Positions 41,533 through 56,838 are shown, numbered from the stretch's first letter. The stretch: 64,000 nucleotides of DNA from Octopus vulgaris (GCA_951406725.2 OX597819.1:29946001-30010000); one strand, 5' to 3'. Translations and numbers: made by a program. The notes: generated from the letters alone by a model not told the origin.

Positions 41533-41572
<40 letters not shown>
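41097..41572. repeat. (CATA)n-rich microsatellite
   Basis: Directly visible. Confidence 0.95.
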
Positions 41573-41725
41573 AAGGTTTTTAGCAACCGCGCCTACCTCC
41601 TGCCAGTCAGCTGTATCTATACGGGAAACCTAAGATAATCCCATAAACCAATCTTCGTCACTTTTAATATATATTGCTTTACATCTTAGAGTGTGCTTCT
41701 TCTTTCGCATTTATGTTATATATAT

Positions 41726-41960
41726 ATATTTCTTTACTACCCACAAAGGGCTAAACGTAGAGGGGACTAACAAAGACAGACAAAGGGATTAAGTCGATTA
41801 TATCGACCCCAGTACGCAACTGGTACTTTATTTATCGACCCCGAAAGGGATGAAAGGCAAAGTCGACCTCGGCGTAATTTGAACTCAGAACGTAACGACA
41901 GACGAAATACCGCTAAGCGTTTCGCCCGGCGCGCTAACGTTTCTGCCAGCTCGCCGCCTT
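41726..41960 (-). mobile_element. SINE family A, full length
   Basis: Complete head-to-tail match to the 8049-8278 type. Confidence 0.88.
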
Positions 41961-41975
41961 ATATATATATAAATG

Positions 41976-42048
<73 letters not shown>

Positions 42049-42049
<1 letters not shown>

Positions 42050-42480
42050 AGGCGCAGGCATGGCTGTGTTACGAAGCTTGCTTCCTAACCGCATGCTTCC
42101 GGATTCACTCCCACTGCGTGGTACCTTGGGCAAGTGTCTTCTACTATAGCCTCTGGCCGACCAAAGCCTTGTGAGTGGATTTGGTAGATGGAAGCTGAAA
42201 GAAGCACGTAGTATATATGTCTCTGAGTATGCGTATGTGTATGTGTGTGTGTGTGTGTGTGTGTGTCTTTGTGTGTCTTTGTGTCCCTACCATCCATCCC
42301 TTGACAACCGATGTTGGTGTGTTTACATCTCCATAACTTAGCGGTTCGGCAAAAGAGACCCATTGAATAAGTACCAGGCTTACGAAGAATAAGTCCTGAG
42401 ATCGATTTCTTCGACTAAAATGTAGTGCTACAGCATGGCCGCAGTCAAATGAGTGAAATAAGTAAAAGGATAAAAGAATA
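42049..42480 (+). mobile_element. SINE family B
   Basis: aggcgcaggcatggctgtg head, accttgggcaagtgtcttct CORE-like block, gcatggccgcagtcaaatga tail. Confidence 0.87.
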
Positions 42481-44856
42481 TATATGTATGTATGCTTGCA
42501 TGTATACGCTCATACACACGCACACACATAGATATATAAGAACAGTTACATAAATAGCATTTTAAAAGTCATAAATCGCATTGGAAAATAAAATTCACCG
42601 AACTGTTTTTGGAGATAATGAATTGATTTTTTTCATAAAATTTAAGAGCAACTAATTGTCTGTCCCGTGAGGCCATTAAATATTTTAGAAATGTATTTCT
42701 TAGTCCGAGAGATGAGAATACTGATTGATGTAAGCATGTCCATATCTAATCCGAACAGCATCATATTCATAAAAGGAATTTTAACCCTTTTGACACCTTA
42801 ATTAATGTTCAGTATGTCATCAAGTTACATTAAATCAGCATGAAAATAATATGTTTTAAAACTAAATTTTTTATACTTTCTTTTTTTTTTTAAAATTATT
42901 TGTTGGTGGTTTACGATACTTGTCCAGCTCTCGAAAATTGATCATTAATAGTGTCTGTAATATAAGCTGTAAGAAGGACATTTTTTTTTTATTGTTCATT
43001 TCTTGGGGATCTATAATTGTTTAAAATTACTTCAATTTCACGATTTATGAAAACATTTATGAGAATTGCAAAGGAATTGTTTTACTATTATCTATTACTA
43101 CAATTAAAGAATATTTTCAAAACTACACACTAAGCCATAGATTTGGGAAATGAAGTCTATAATCAATTTTATCGACCATGTATGTGATTGGTACTTATTT
43201 TATCGATCTCGGAAGGATGAAAGGCATCTGTAATAGATGACCTAAAGCCAAAGACAACCTTAAACACAGCACATTATTCACATTTTCAATAATACGAATA
43301 TCAATGATACAACCGCCTCACAGAATATCTCGCATACAATAGAAATCAAACACAACACCAGGCAACTATATTAGGAAATAACAAAGAAAATAGACCAAAG
43401 AATAGCGGAAGACATATACCATAAAACAACACAAGAAAAGTATTGGGGCCATACAAAACTCCTAAAAACCTAACAAAGTTGTTAACATAACCCTAAATAC
43501 TTTATGTTTACAAATATTATTTTACCCATCAAATATCTTCCACTTCACTAAACACTTCCAAATCCCCATAAACTAGAAAATGGACAAAATATTCAAAACC
43601 TTACAGCTTATAAAGCTAAACTGAATAAGATGCATACAGATCTATCAGCCACATAATTCCTAAAAGTCATCTAGATATTCGTCACTGACATCAGCAACCC
43701 AGGCACCCAAGATGTCTGGTGATGGTATGAAACCGGACGAAGGATTACATCTACTACCTAGTTAGGCCACAGAGGGAACTGAGCTCAAGGTATCAGGTTC
43801 AACGTCCTTCGATTTCACCAATCCATTTCCCTGCATGAGAACTTTGCTTTATCGACCCTGAAAAAGCAAAGTTAACCTCGGCGGAATTTGAACACCGAAT
43901 ATCAAAACAAATACCAGATGTTTTTTTTTCTGCCACACTCTAACCATTTTGCCAATTGATTGTATGCATTAATTATTCCATATGGAGCTGGTACTTCATT
44001 AAATCTGAACGCCTGATCTTTCAACTTAAAACGTTAGTTAATATGCCAGTTTAACTTTCCCGAGGCGGAAAGAGAGCAACCATAATTATTCCCATGTCTT
44101 CTGTGGCTGTTGTCAAGAAGGGGAGAATTTTTTCTCAAACCTGAGACTTGGGCCGAATTATTAAAACAAAGAGGATCTTGTTAAGGGAATTGAAGAAGCC
44201 AGATGGTCGGGGTGACTGGGATACAAATTAAATTTGCAACCCATAAATAGGAACAGTCTTTCTGAAGAGTTTCAACATAGCTTCCGTTTACCAATTTTCA
44301 CTTTGGTCGACTTTAGGTTATTGCAGAAGACACTCAAAGAGCAATGCTGTTGGATTAAAACAAAACAACATATAGTTGTGTAGGTGAACTTCTTAACCAC
44401 ACAACTAATATGCACTCAATGAGTGTTACAAGGCTATATTCCTCATTCTAATAAAATCTTTACGTGCAACCCACAGGTTGCCAGCAATTGAGACTAAACT
44501 GAAAGAACAATACGTGTAAATCAGGGTTCTTTTTTAGACCTGAACTAATAACGAAAAGTTACAGAATATAAAATCTGGATTTTCTTTCAAAAAATTCCCT
44601 AAGTGTTGTGAGTGGAGTAAATAAAAAAGCAAATTACAAGTCGGAAGACATGTATCTTGGTGATGCAACATACAGTTGCGTATTTCAATAGTTTTTCATG
44701 CGAACGAACGAAAGTTATGAGAAAGGTCAAAAGGCAGGTTTACAATAGACGCTAATTCAGAAGAAAATAGTTCGCGGGTGACTGCGGGATTAATATTCGA
44801 TTCATTGCTTCATATACATATCTATCTGTGTAGGTATCTAGTTAGCTATCTAGCTG

Positions 44857-44925
<69 letters not shown>

Positions 44926-45159
44926 TGAAAAATATATGTATGTGTGTAGGAGCATATATATTTATGTTAATATATACACGCATATTCACAAAGAACACTT
45001 AGAGACACACATGCATATATATACATATACATACGCTAATACATACATACATACATACATACATACATGCATGCATGCATACATACATACATACATACAT
45101 ACATGCATGCATGCATACATACATACATACATACATACATACATACATACATACATACA

Positions 45160-45191
<32 letters not shown>

Positions 45192-45998
45192 CACTTTTGA
45201 AAAGCCCATTTCCAGTGAAATAGCAAACAGTCAACTGCTGCTTGGTTGAATATTTCCAGTAGTAACCGATCTATTGGAAATTCAGGTCTTACAGAGATAT
45301 TTTGTTATAACCATAAAGAAGTATGATTGCATGAAAATCCAAATGCAAGGTTTATTGTGCGTCAGAATGAAACAGTTCAATATATTGATTAAAAAAGATC
45401 AATGGAACCAAAAATCATAGGAGAGTTCATTTTTGGATAACTATTCAAACTGAAATGGAACAATCAAAACTTTGCTTTCGAACCGATTTTTGCTGTAACA
45501 TTTGAAACAAATCTACTAATTAAATATTCTATAACATAAAATTATATTCGAATGGTAACACTTCGTAGACAGGAATGTGTGATTGTTTGTAAGTATGAGT
45601 GTGTTCGTGTGTGTGTGTGCGTGTGTGTGCGTATGTGTATGTATGTGTATGTGTGTGTGTGTTTTCACGGTATGTGCTGAAAATGCATTCATTCATATAC
45701 AATAGCAATATTTAAATATATGTGTGTATGTGTGTGTGTACGCGCGTGTGTCTGTGTATACACGCATATATCCTCGTATAAACATGCGCACACATATACT
45801 GCGTACAGTGACACGTGAGGAGGGAACTAATGCACTAGACAGTGGATCAATACTAACAGATGTATATGATATGTTTGAATTTTCTTTATATACATTCACA
45901 CACACACACACACACTTCTATGTATATGTGTGTGTGAGTGCGATTAGGTGTTTACGCTGGTATATAATGCGTACATATATATATAATTTTGTATTTTT

Positions 45999-46038
<40 letters not shown>

Positions 46039-46408
46039 GACAGGGAGGAGGAGGAGGAGTAATTTAGCACCATACCATCCCTGACAGAGCAGACTTATGA
46101 TCAACATCATTCCAGTTGAGACCATCAGGAGTTTCTTGTTATAATGCATGAAAATCAAAGAAGCCAGTGTGTCCTTCCTGTTGCAAAGAACTAAGATGTG
46201 GTTTGAAGATTTTTTTTCCTAGCTGGATCAGTTTATATTATTTGCGTATAATATACATACGTGCAAATGAATGTGTTTGAATATGCATATATATATATAT
46301 ATATATATATTCCACTTAAATGTGACTAACCCCTAAGGGTGGATGCTACTGTAGCTTGTAGCCCCAGGAGGACACCTCCTCCAGCTGGCTATTGACACAC
46401 TTTCTGTG

Positions 46409-46477
<69 letters not shown>

Positions 46478-46536
46478 ATATATATATTAAATTAGAGATA
46501 AAACCACTATTAGGTAAATCATACAATGAAAAACTT

Positions 46537-47975
46537 GTCTGTGATCTTATCGGACTGTAAATCCTGGACATCTTAGGGAAGAGGTTCCCTTCGGTCCTCT
46601 TCGGCCTCTACAGAGATGACGCCCTAGCCATCTCGAGAGGAGCTAACGGCCACACGTTAGATAGAATTAGAAAGATCTAATTAACACCTTAGGCTCAATG
46701 GCTCTCGAGATCACCAGTGAGACTAATTTCACCACAGTAGATATTACTTAGATATTACTTTATATCTGGACTCTGGTACATACAGACACTATCACAAGCC
46801 AAACGAGAGACTGTCTTATATTAGTAGTCTCCTGTCACCCGCTATAGTTTTCAAGAACCTAGCAAAATAAGTAAGCAAGAGGATTTCGAATCTATTCTCG
46901 AGCCAAGATATCTTCGACGCCGCTGCCCCTACTACAATAGGGCACTGGCATCGAGTAGGTTTAAGGACCGCATCTCCTACATGTCTGGCCTAAGCACCAG
47001 GGATAGGAAGCGCCGCAGAAATGTTGTTTGGTTTACTCTACCCTTCACACTCAACGTCATGACTTGTGTGGGAAAGAATTTCTTTAGATTGATAGACAAA
47101 CATTTCACACACATAGATGCAGGCATATATTTAACAGACACAACCTAAGAGTCTCCTTTAGTTGTGCGCCTAACATAAGAAAAACATTTTAACAAGTACC
47201 CACAATACAAGAGAGGAGGAGGTTGCTCTTACATGGTATATAATAACTGTCCAGTAGGAGGCCGATACGAAACTGAATAGGTCGTCTATGGGGCTATAGT
47301 GATAGCTGCTATAACAGTAACGTACCATCAAACAGCAATATTATTTGCAGATTAACCAGTTTCACGCCAATACAATTGCCACGCCTAGAGATAACAACCA
47401 GTCCGGGACCAGCATCGCAGAGAGCATCACCGAAGACCCCGGTACCACTGCCACGGATAATGGACAAACTATAGATACAGAAAGGGTGACCAGGCCTGCA
47501 ATGTATGTTACCACCAATACAAACGCCGCACCTAGAAACAATGACCTTTCCAAGACCAGCGATTTGGAGGAGGTATCCGCCGTTCCTAGTTCTGCCATCT
47601 CAGATGACCAAATATTTACCTTCGACATCGATGGGATGACCAGCCTGCGGAATATGTTACCAGGGGTACGAATAGGACCATATCACATGTATGTAAATAT
47701 ATTGGTTCTGCGAGTACTTCGTTCAAGCGACGTTTTCATAACCCCCGGCCATTCTTCAGAGTTCTAGAAAGACGGTTTGTCACGTCCCTGGCTTGCTATG
47801 TATGTCACTTTGAAGATCAAGGGACCCCGTGTGACATCAGGTGGAAATTAATTGATCATCCGGGCCCGTGTATTAATGGAAGTGGCTGTTGCAAGATCTG
47901 CATCGCGGAGAAAGCCAAAATTCTTAAGGACTATTAGAAATATGGCGCATTAAACAGCCATAAAGAAGTGTTTTC
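46537..47975 (+). mobile_element. Penelope-like retroelement (Naiad-like), decayed RT + GIY-YIG
   Basis: VCDLIGL, FGLYRDDAL, RRNVVWFTLPF..VGKNFFRLIDKHF, IFNRHNLRVSFSCAPNI, GCSY..NCPVGG, VVY, KYIGSASTSFKRRFHN, IRWKL, CKICIAEK and LNSHKEV. Clade assignment is an inference from the CxCx5C/CxxC motifs. Confidence 0.88.
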
Positions 47976-48049
47976 GCGACTTACTCCTCGCTTGCTAGTT
48001 AGGCCTCTTCGGGTATATAAGATTGTTTTTCTCTTTTGATTCAGGGGAG

Positions 48050-48128
48050 ATAACGAGTGGCATTACTGTGTGTGCTTGAGCCTCCTTACTATGGCAACAT
48101 TCTGGATACTTATTGATCAGACCGCGTA
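48050..48128 (-). mobile_element. mariner-like TIR fragment
   Basis: Minus strand tacgcggtctgatcaataagtatccagaatg, a typical TA-CG mariner end. Confidence 0.5.
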
Positions 48129-48782
48129 CAAATGTGTGTGTGTGTGCCCCAACACATTCATTTGCATGTTTGTATATTATACGCAAATAATATAAGCTGG
48201 TCCGGCAAGGAAAAATAATCTCCTTCAAACCACACCTTACTTCTTTGCAACAGAAGGGACACACTGGCCTATTTGATTTTCATAAACAAAAGCAAAATTT
48301 TCACAAGTAAAAGCAAAAATAAAACAAAAACAACAAAAGTCAAAAGGAGGTGCACAGTGAAAGAATTAGTTTGACGTTCAATTCTTGGTGGAAAAAAAGA
48401 AGGTGGGTGGCGTTTCGAGCAACGATTTTCGTTAGAAAGAGAAAAAGAGACCCGGTCCGGGAAGAATAAAAAGAATAGTCCGAGAAAAGCATGTGTGTTG
48501 TTGCATGGCTGATACATACATACATACATACATACATACATACATACATACATACATACATACATACATACATACATACATACAATATACCGTACTTAAC
48601 GAATGAGTGCCGTTAAAATGCCTGGAGCTGTGGGTTTTGTCCGGGAAAAATGTAGCACCAGGCTTTTCAAAGACACGCATACAGTAAGCATGTTATACTG
48701 ATAAAGTGTTGTTTTTTTTACTATGAAGCGATTTATATTGGTTTACTGGGATATATATATATATATCTATCTCTCCCCCCCC

Positions 48783-48821
<39 letters not shown>

Positions 48822-49599
48822 GTAAAACTAATTAAAAGGGCTAGCAACAGGCTGCTTCGCCGCATACCGAAGGAATTAGAAATGGCAGTCAAAGATTGTT
48901 TTTTTCATTTTCTATAAGTGGAGATTCCAAATACGACGGATCCTGCGGTTCACATACACAAAATCGGAGTAGCAAATAGACGTAAACAATCTCTTACCGT
49001 TAATAGCGAACATGTTTCTAGATCACAAGCTCAGAAAATAGCTTGATTTCCTTCATCGGCACTATATTCGATAGATTTACCAAATGCCACAGGCCCTCAC
49101 TTCTGACCCAGCGACATCAGATAGTGGGGGGAAGTGTGCAGATGTTAAAACTAAGTAATGACTGGGAACGTAAATTCTCCCTCCAAAATTCTGCCATGCG
49201 CGCCGTCTGGGTGATTGTAATAGAATAAGGGATCCACATGGTAATGCAATAAAAATGGTAAATAATTTTTCTGTGGTTTTTCATATAACAAACAATTATT
49301 TACCGGTAAATTTCGGTATGTAAATATGACAAATTCATCGTCAGGAACTTTTGTAAAGTTCAGTATATGGTAAAACTAATTAAAAGGGCTAGCAATAGGC
49401 TGCTTCGCCGTATGCCGAAGGAATTAGAAATGGCAGTCAAAGACTGTTTTTTCATTTTCTATAAGTGGAGATTCCAAATACGACGGACCCTGCGGTTCAC
49501 ATACACAAAATCGGAGTAGCAAATAGACGTAAACAATCTCTTACCGTTAATAGCGAACATGTTTTTAGATCACAAGCTCAGAAAATAGCTTGATTTCCT
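48822..49599 (-). mobile_element. Retrozyme / pLTR-like 1.4-mer (~548-bp unit) inserted in (TA)n
   Basis: 48822-49052 is repeated at 49370-49599; TA-rich tracts on both sides; hammerhead at 49003-49065. Confidence 0.8.
49003..49065 (-). ncRNA. Minimal hammerhead ribozyme candidate (CCGAUGA variant)
   Basis: Minus strand: atagtg CCGATGA aggaaatcaagc..gcttgtgatcta GAAAC at GTT cgctat; AACATGTT palindrome; base of helix II imperfect. Confidence 0.62.
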
Positions 49600-49613
49600 A
49601 TACATGTACATAT

Positions 49614-49678
<65 letters not shown>

Positions 49679-50197
49679 TATATGTATATATCACCACTTG
49701 TTTATTCAGTAGCATTGAAAAATATAACTGACAGTTAAATGCCAAGTAGATATAATATCTATGCTAAATACATTTGAATTTGTAGTATTTTAGAGCGGCT
49801 TCTAGCTGTTAGTGACGAGTACTTCATTCTTTCATGATATTCGCTGCATGTTTAGTACCTCTTCGTTGTATTCTGCGACCCAGCTAAACATGGATTTAAG
49901 GATGTAATTTTTAAATACATTTTTGATGTGGTTCTATAAGCGATTTTAATTGTTTATGGATGTATGGTAAGCTTTCCTTTCTAAAAACGCCAGTATAATT
50001 TTAATTTTAATTTAAGCGTAACTTCAACGAAATTTACTGTTATAAGGTTTGCTTCACTCCTTATCCTCAGGTCTCGTTTTCTGAATGTTGTAATTATTTG
50101 TCAGTTATACGCCACTCCACGTTTATTCAAATCGAGGATCCAGCACCACTATATGTAAGCATGTATATACATATGTATACATATATATATATATATG

Positions 50198-50328
<131 letters not shown>

Positions 50329-50626
50329 ACAGACAGATAGAGACAGATAATTGTATAGGGTACAATTATATTTGAGGGCACAGAAGCTGCCATGCCTGCA
50401 TGCTGAAAGAAGACGCCGAATTCGTCCAATCACTTTAAATGGTCACTCCGCGTATACACACAAGCTGAAAGTGGAAAGTAGACTGACTCAAAAGTGTAAA
50501 AAACAATTCAGTTAGTTTTGGGTCGTTCAGTTTCTCGATTAGTTTGATAACTCGTCTTAAATCAGCAAAATATACTAAACGAAATGAAAGTGAAATGAAA
50601 TATGTTTAGATATGTTTATATATATA

Positions 50627-50657
<31 letters not shown>

Positions 50658-50965
50658 CACCGTGATCACCGTGACCGACCAGGCTATCAGATGTTGCTAC
50701 ACATCGCTGGTCACAATGCGCTTCACATTGTTTTAGCTTTCAAATGACGCCACCCCGCTGGCTAAGCGAGCAGGCCAACAGAAGAAAGAGTGAGAGAAAG
50801 TTGTGGCAAAGGAGTACAGCAGGGATCGCCACCACCCCCTGCCGGAGCCTCGTGGAGCTTCAGGTGTTTTCGCTCAATAAACACTCACAACGCCCGGTCT
50901 GGGAATCGAAACCGCGATCCTACGACTGCGAGTCCGCTGCCCTAACCACTGGGCCATTGCGCCTC

Positions 50966-50967
<2 letters not shown>
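50658..50967 (-). mobile_element. SINE family C
   Basis: Same head and tail as 17775-18074. Confidence 0.88.
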
Positions 50968-51025
<58 letters not shown>

Positions 51026-51988
51026 TATGTATGTATGTATATGTATTTATGTATATATATGCAGGTATGTCTGTGTGTGTGTTTGTGTGTAAATTTGTAT
51101 ATAAGAATATGAGAAGCCAGAGATGCTAGGTGAAGGAAACAAAAAGGATAGAAGGACGGAGAAAGATGCAAAAACGATAAATCCTTCATATAACTACAAT
51201 ATGAAACAAAGTTTCGATTACAGGTTTAACTACTTTGAAAACAGCAGATCAGGAAAGTAAAGAGGTAGAATGTAACAAACAGCCTTGCATAACATCAGTG
51301 GTGTGAAGATGGCAGGCTTGTATTTATGGGCCACTACTGGCCTTCCATAAAAAAAATGCCACCTTGCCCGGACTTGTGCCTCGGAGGGGAACTTTCTAGG
51401 TGCAATCTCATGGTCATTCATGATTGAAGGGAGTCTTAACTTTTTACCGTGGCAGGTTAAGATATCTTGGTAATGTGGTAATGCTGCTGATGATGATACC
51501 ATCATCACCTGTTCCATTTTGTCAAAACGACAGAAGTTAGTGTGAGAACATATAAGCAAACACATACACACACACATACCTGCATATATACATACAAACA
51601 CACGCACACACGCATGCACGTACACAGTTATATAAATACACACGTCAGACGACGAATGAGGATTTCACAATTTCTTGCTGAACAACCACATAGATGATTT
51701 GTTAATAATGATCAAATGTTTATTTTCATAAGCGCACTCCTTCCATCGAATGGGCGTTGTCTGTATAGGTGCACACGAGTGCCACACGTCATATGTAAAA
51801 ATGATCACAGAGCCAAGTGAAATGAAGCGTTTTGCTCAAGAACCCAACGCACCGCACTCTCCGAGTATCGAAACTATAATCTAGCGATCGTTCGTGCAAC
51901 GCCCTAATCACTAGGCTAGAAAACAGACAAACATGCATACTGTTCATATCAACTTATGTTTCAGCAAATAAGTTTTGCCAACCTTCCA

Positions 51989-52488
<500 letters not shown>

Positions 52489-53025
52489 CAGATAGATAGA
52501 TAGAAATGCATTTGATTTTTCATTTACATCCCCTATGAAAATAAAAGTATCTGCTGATCAAAAGGTGTAATTTTTTTCAAAAAAACTGAAATTGAGAATG
52601 GAATGAAGGTGTTTTTACGAGCTATTATTTGTTATGTCATATACCCAATAACACGGTCTACAAAATGGAACATTCTGAAAATACCTTTTTGTTATTCATA
52701 TGTTACTTTATAAATATTTACTTTATAAATATGTTACTTTATAAATATAAAAAAAAAAGCTCTTTCCCATTACGTAAGGTTCAATGATAAAACAACATAA
52801 TTTGCAAGTAAATCTACTAATGGTAGAGCATAGTGAAACTAATAAAATTGAATTTGGCCCTTTATTTAGCAAAATAAAATGGCACAAATGCCAAAGGTGA
52901 GAAAATAGATTCTTACAAAGGTTCCATTCACTTTTTTTAGAGTCAGCATCTCAAATTCTCAACTTTTTCATTTGGAAACTTCGCCTAGATCTCTTACGCT
53001 TGCGAGCATTTGATGAACGTTCACG

Positions 53026-54525
53026 ATGCAATATTTAGCAGTAGTCGGACGTCTTATTGACACTCCATCTTCCTTGATATGTTCTTCCCATTCCCTTCAT
53101 ATCTTTAAACCTTTCCCCTTCTCCTCACTCATATCTCCCAGATTAACCGGAAATAAATCTAAATGGGCTTGTAGGAAACAAACCTTAATCCTTATTTTCA
53201 TCCCAAAGCCTCGAACTTTCCCAGCAGTCTTCCCACTATGTCTTTGTGGTTTGGATCCTTGTGATTACACAAGTTGTTCATCACACCTTTAAAACTAATC
53301 CATACCGCTTTTTTCAGAATCACTAAGAGAGTTTCCAAAATGTTCATCCTCGATGTCTGATGGAGCAGAAAACTTGCTACGCTAATACTTGATGCCTTCT
53401 GCAAAGCTTTTACGAATCGCTTCAAGCGGCCAAGTTTTATATGTAGAGGTAGCAAAATAGCTCTTTTCAGATCAACCGAACTTTCTCGAAGGATATTTTT
53501 GTTCCTGATATAAGCGTATCCCTTCTTGCCCATTCTATTTTAGACTGTTGGAGGTCCCTGGCTCTACTATCCCATTTATGTAAGAAACGAGGAAACCTTG
53601 TGCAGCCTGAATGTTGTCCAAGCAACATTTCAAGTCAGCAAAATTCCTCCAGCTTTGATCTTTGAATTTTATATTTCGTAAGAGTGACACTAAATTTTCA
53701 TGTTTCCTTCATGATCACCGAGGGTCCAACAGAGATGAAAGTATATTTATTACTATTATGCAGCAAAACACCTTCAAAACTTCTCTTTGAAGAGTCAATA
53801 AAGGGTATCCATTCGTTAAAGTTGTAACTTATGCCAAACTTTCCAATTAGTTCTGATGGTTCTGTACTATAAACCAATAAACCAAATTAAAATCTTGAGC
53901 AAAGTAAGGAACACAATCTTTTTCGAGCTTATGATACCAATAAAATAATGTGCCAGGGTTCTTGGATTTAAGGCTGAAACCTAAAAGTTTTTTTGACTCA
54001 TTTGCGAGCACTAAATCCCTCACTAAATCATTTAATTGACACTGGTTGAGGTTCTTCACCTTCATTGCCGTTGCTATTTCTGCCTACTGATTCAGGACTC
54101 AAGTGTATGTTTTCAAGGTTTCCTGGTGATGTTGGGATTGGAACGTCTGATCCATAGACAATAGGTCGCAATGCAAATGGAAGATTTGGATAAACAATGT
54201 TTTGTCCACTTTTCGAATTGTGTCCCTGCACCTTAAATGAGCAAAAGTAGTGGTCATCACTGTGGTTTTGAGGCACTTTCCATATCATTGGAACCGCAAG
54301 GCGAAAAGATTTCTTTGTATATTTTGTCCAGTGTCTTAGTTCTTCAACACAAATTGAGCAGGCCTTATAAGGAATCCATTCTTATCTCGGACCCCTACTT
54401 TCACACCGATGTAGGTATAGTAAGCTTTTTTGACAAATTCAGTAATGTTTCTCTGACGTGTATTCGCCTTAAACTCACCACAAATGTAACAAAAGTTATA
54501 TGGGCTAGACTTGCTGCACGTCTTC
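53026..54525 (-). pseudogene. Chapaev3 (CMC superfamily) transposase, decayed
   Basis: SPYNFCYICGEF, AVPMIWKVPQNHSDDHYFC, YPNLPFALRP, LNDLVRDL, FIDSSKRS..VLLHN, WDSRA, LLPLHIKLG..RFVKAL and SEEKGERF..YQGRW..DYC; many frameshifts. Termini not resolved. Confidence 0.85.
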
Positions 54526-56349
54526 TAGAAGATATCTTTGCTTCAAATGATGTGAAAATCTGTAAGGAAATGAAAATGGAACATTCTTATTAGTATTAGA
54601 TTTACCAACGAAATGTATACATAATATCATTTAAAAAGCATTAAAATGTAACATATTATGCGATAAAACAATGTATGTAGCATATATACATAGAAAAAAG
54701 ATATGAGGAAATAACTGAAATGAAAAATATACGTTTTAACCTAAGCGACTTGACTTCGTAACTTTGTAAAGTGCATTTTTCTCTCTTCAATCATTGCGGG
54801 TGACAGAAACTATAGACACCGCTCTGTGTCGGTGAAGCGGTCTAAACGTTGCCAGATGTAATTTTTCAAAATTACGTCTATTAGTTATACTGTTATAGTC
54901 AATTTAAATATGGCAATTAATTGTAATAATAAAAGACAGTTGTCAAATTTGGACGTAATGGTAAAATAAATTATGAAACTCTACGTTATAGTATGATTTC
55001 TTTGTAAATTTTGAAATTAGAAGATAAAGCTTGGTTAATTTCAACCAATAAAATTTAAAATCTTTTGGTCGCAGACCTGTGTATTGAATGTGCTCGATAA
55101 CATTTTCCCAATAACAATTCCTTCCGATAAATTCATTTGGTACATCTTTATGAGTATCCATCTGCACCAAGAGGATCGTTAATAAGCTTTATATTCTCAC
55201 CTCAACAAGAACAAATACGCGATGAAGGTCATAATTTTTCAGAAGAATATGTGATCGCTGTTAATCGTTCTTACTCTCTTCGATTAACATTCGATACATC
55301 TGATAATTAATAGCGAGGATTTAATCATGTTACTTGTTAAGGTTGTTTCTATAGATTTTCTATAGAAGTTATTGCCAGCGCTGCTCTATATATCTATAAA
55401 GATAACCTTAACAAATGATTTAATAGCATTGCTATCATAGTATTGACTTCTAAAGCGTTTAATATTTATTATATAAGCATATTATGGTTGCATAACGAAA
55501 CACGACGTCCCTACAAGTTATTAGTCATGTTAATCAGGAATTTAATTAAAATATTTGATAGATTCAATTTCAATAATGACATCACCATACTTGATTATAA
55601 TCTAACTAATCTACCATTTTACGTTTATTCCTATAGTTTCATTTGTAGGAAACAAATTTACCCTTTTTTTGGCCTAGAAAGTAGAAACTTTTGACAAAGT
55701 ATATACTTTCCTTTGCATGGTACTTTGGAAACGAAGAATCAGTGAAACGTCTTATTTTCAACGACGGTAGCTTAATAAGTTAACTAACGATGATGTTGAG
55801 AAACCACTGGTTGGGAAGATGGCATGCTGGATAAAATTCTTAGCGGAATTTCTTACGGATTTGCGTTCAGAGTTCAAATACTGCCAAGATCAAATTTGAT
55901 TTTCATCCTTTCGACGTCGATAATTTTTTTATTTTTTATTCAGAGCATTTCTATTTCTAAGTATACAACCAACAATAACTTTTCCATTCTTGATATTCCA
56001 TTTAAAAAAAAATTGCCTCCATTTTTTTTTTCTGTATTAGATGTAAGAGAAACCAATAGTTACGAAGCGGGCACGCCAGACAAAATGCTTAGATGTATTT
56101 TTTCCGGCTTTACGTTATGAGTCAAATACAGACGAGATCTGCAATGAAAATTTCGGTTTGTGGCTATGATTAGATTTTTAAGGTTATCGTTAAGGCTTTG
56201 TTAAGGTATATTGTTTACAACTAAGGAAATATTTGAAAAAAACAAGACTGAATTTGTGAAATTTTCATCACGATAATAATTTCCAACGTTTAAAACATAT
56301 AAATAATAGACTTCGCCTTTAAAAGTTTAAACCTGTCACAAGCACATAT

Positions 56350-56426
<77 letters not shown>

Positions 56427-56599
56427 ATTATACGTAAATGTCGAACGATGAAAATGAGAGTTCAACATCGCATTGCTGGATATAATTTCTTTATTTGTGA
56501 ATTAAGGCTACAATTCGTTTCAAGTGGGTGATATCCCAGTACCTTAACAATTTTTCAAGCCGATCACAAGGAGACAGGTGTTCGCCTCCAGGATTTTGG

Positions 56600-56705
56600 A
56601 TATATATATATATATACATAGTTATGTATGTATGTATGTATCTATCTATCTATCTATCTATCTATCTTATCTATCTATCTATCTATCTATCTTATTTATC
56701 TTATC

Positions 56706-56764
<59 letters not shown>

Positions 56765-56771
56765 ATTTATC

Positions 56772-56824
<53 letters not shown>

Positions 56825-56838
56825 AATCTATCTATCTT

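Noticed and set aside
47345-47767. Independent 140-aa protein-coding gene
   Set aside because: Lies inside the PLE endonuclease region, starts at TTG and has no gene context.
49291-49348. Second hammerhead in the 548-bp unit (CTGACGA..GAA ATTTACCGGTAAAT A, minus strand)
   Set aside because: The core words and a 14-nt palindrome are present, but helices I and II do not pair convincingly.
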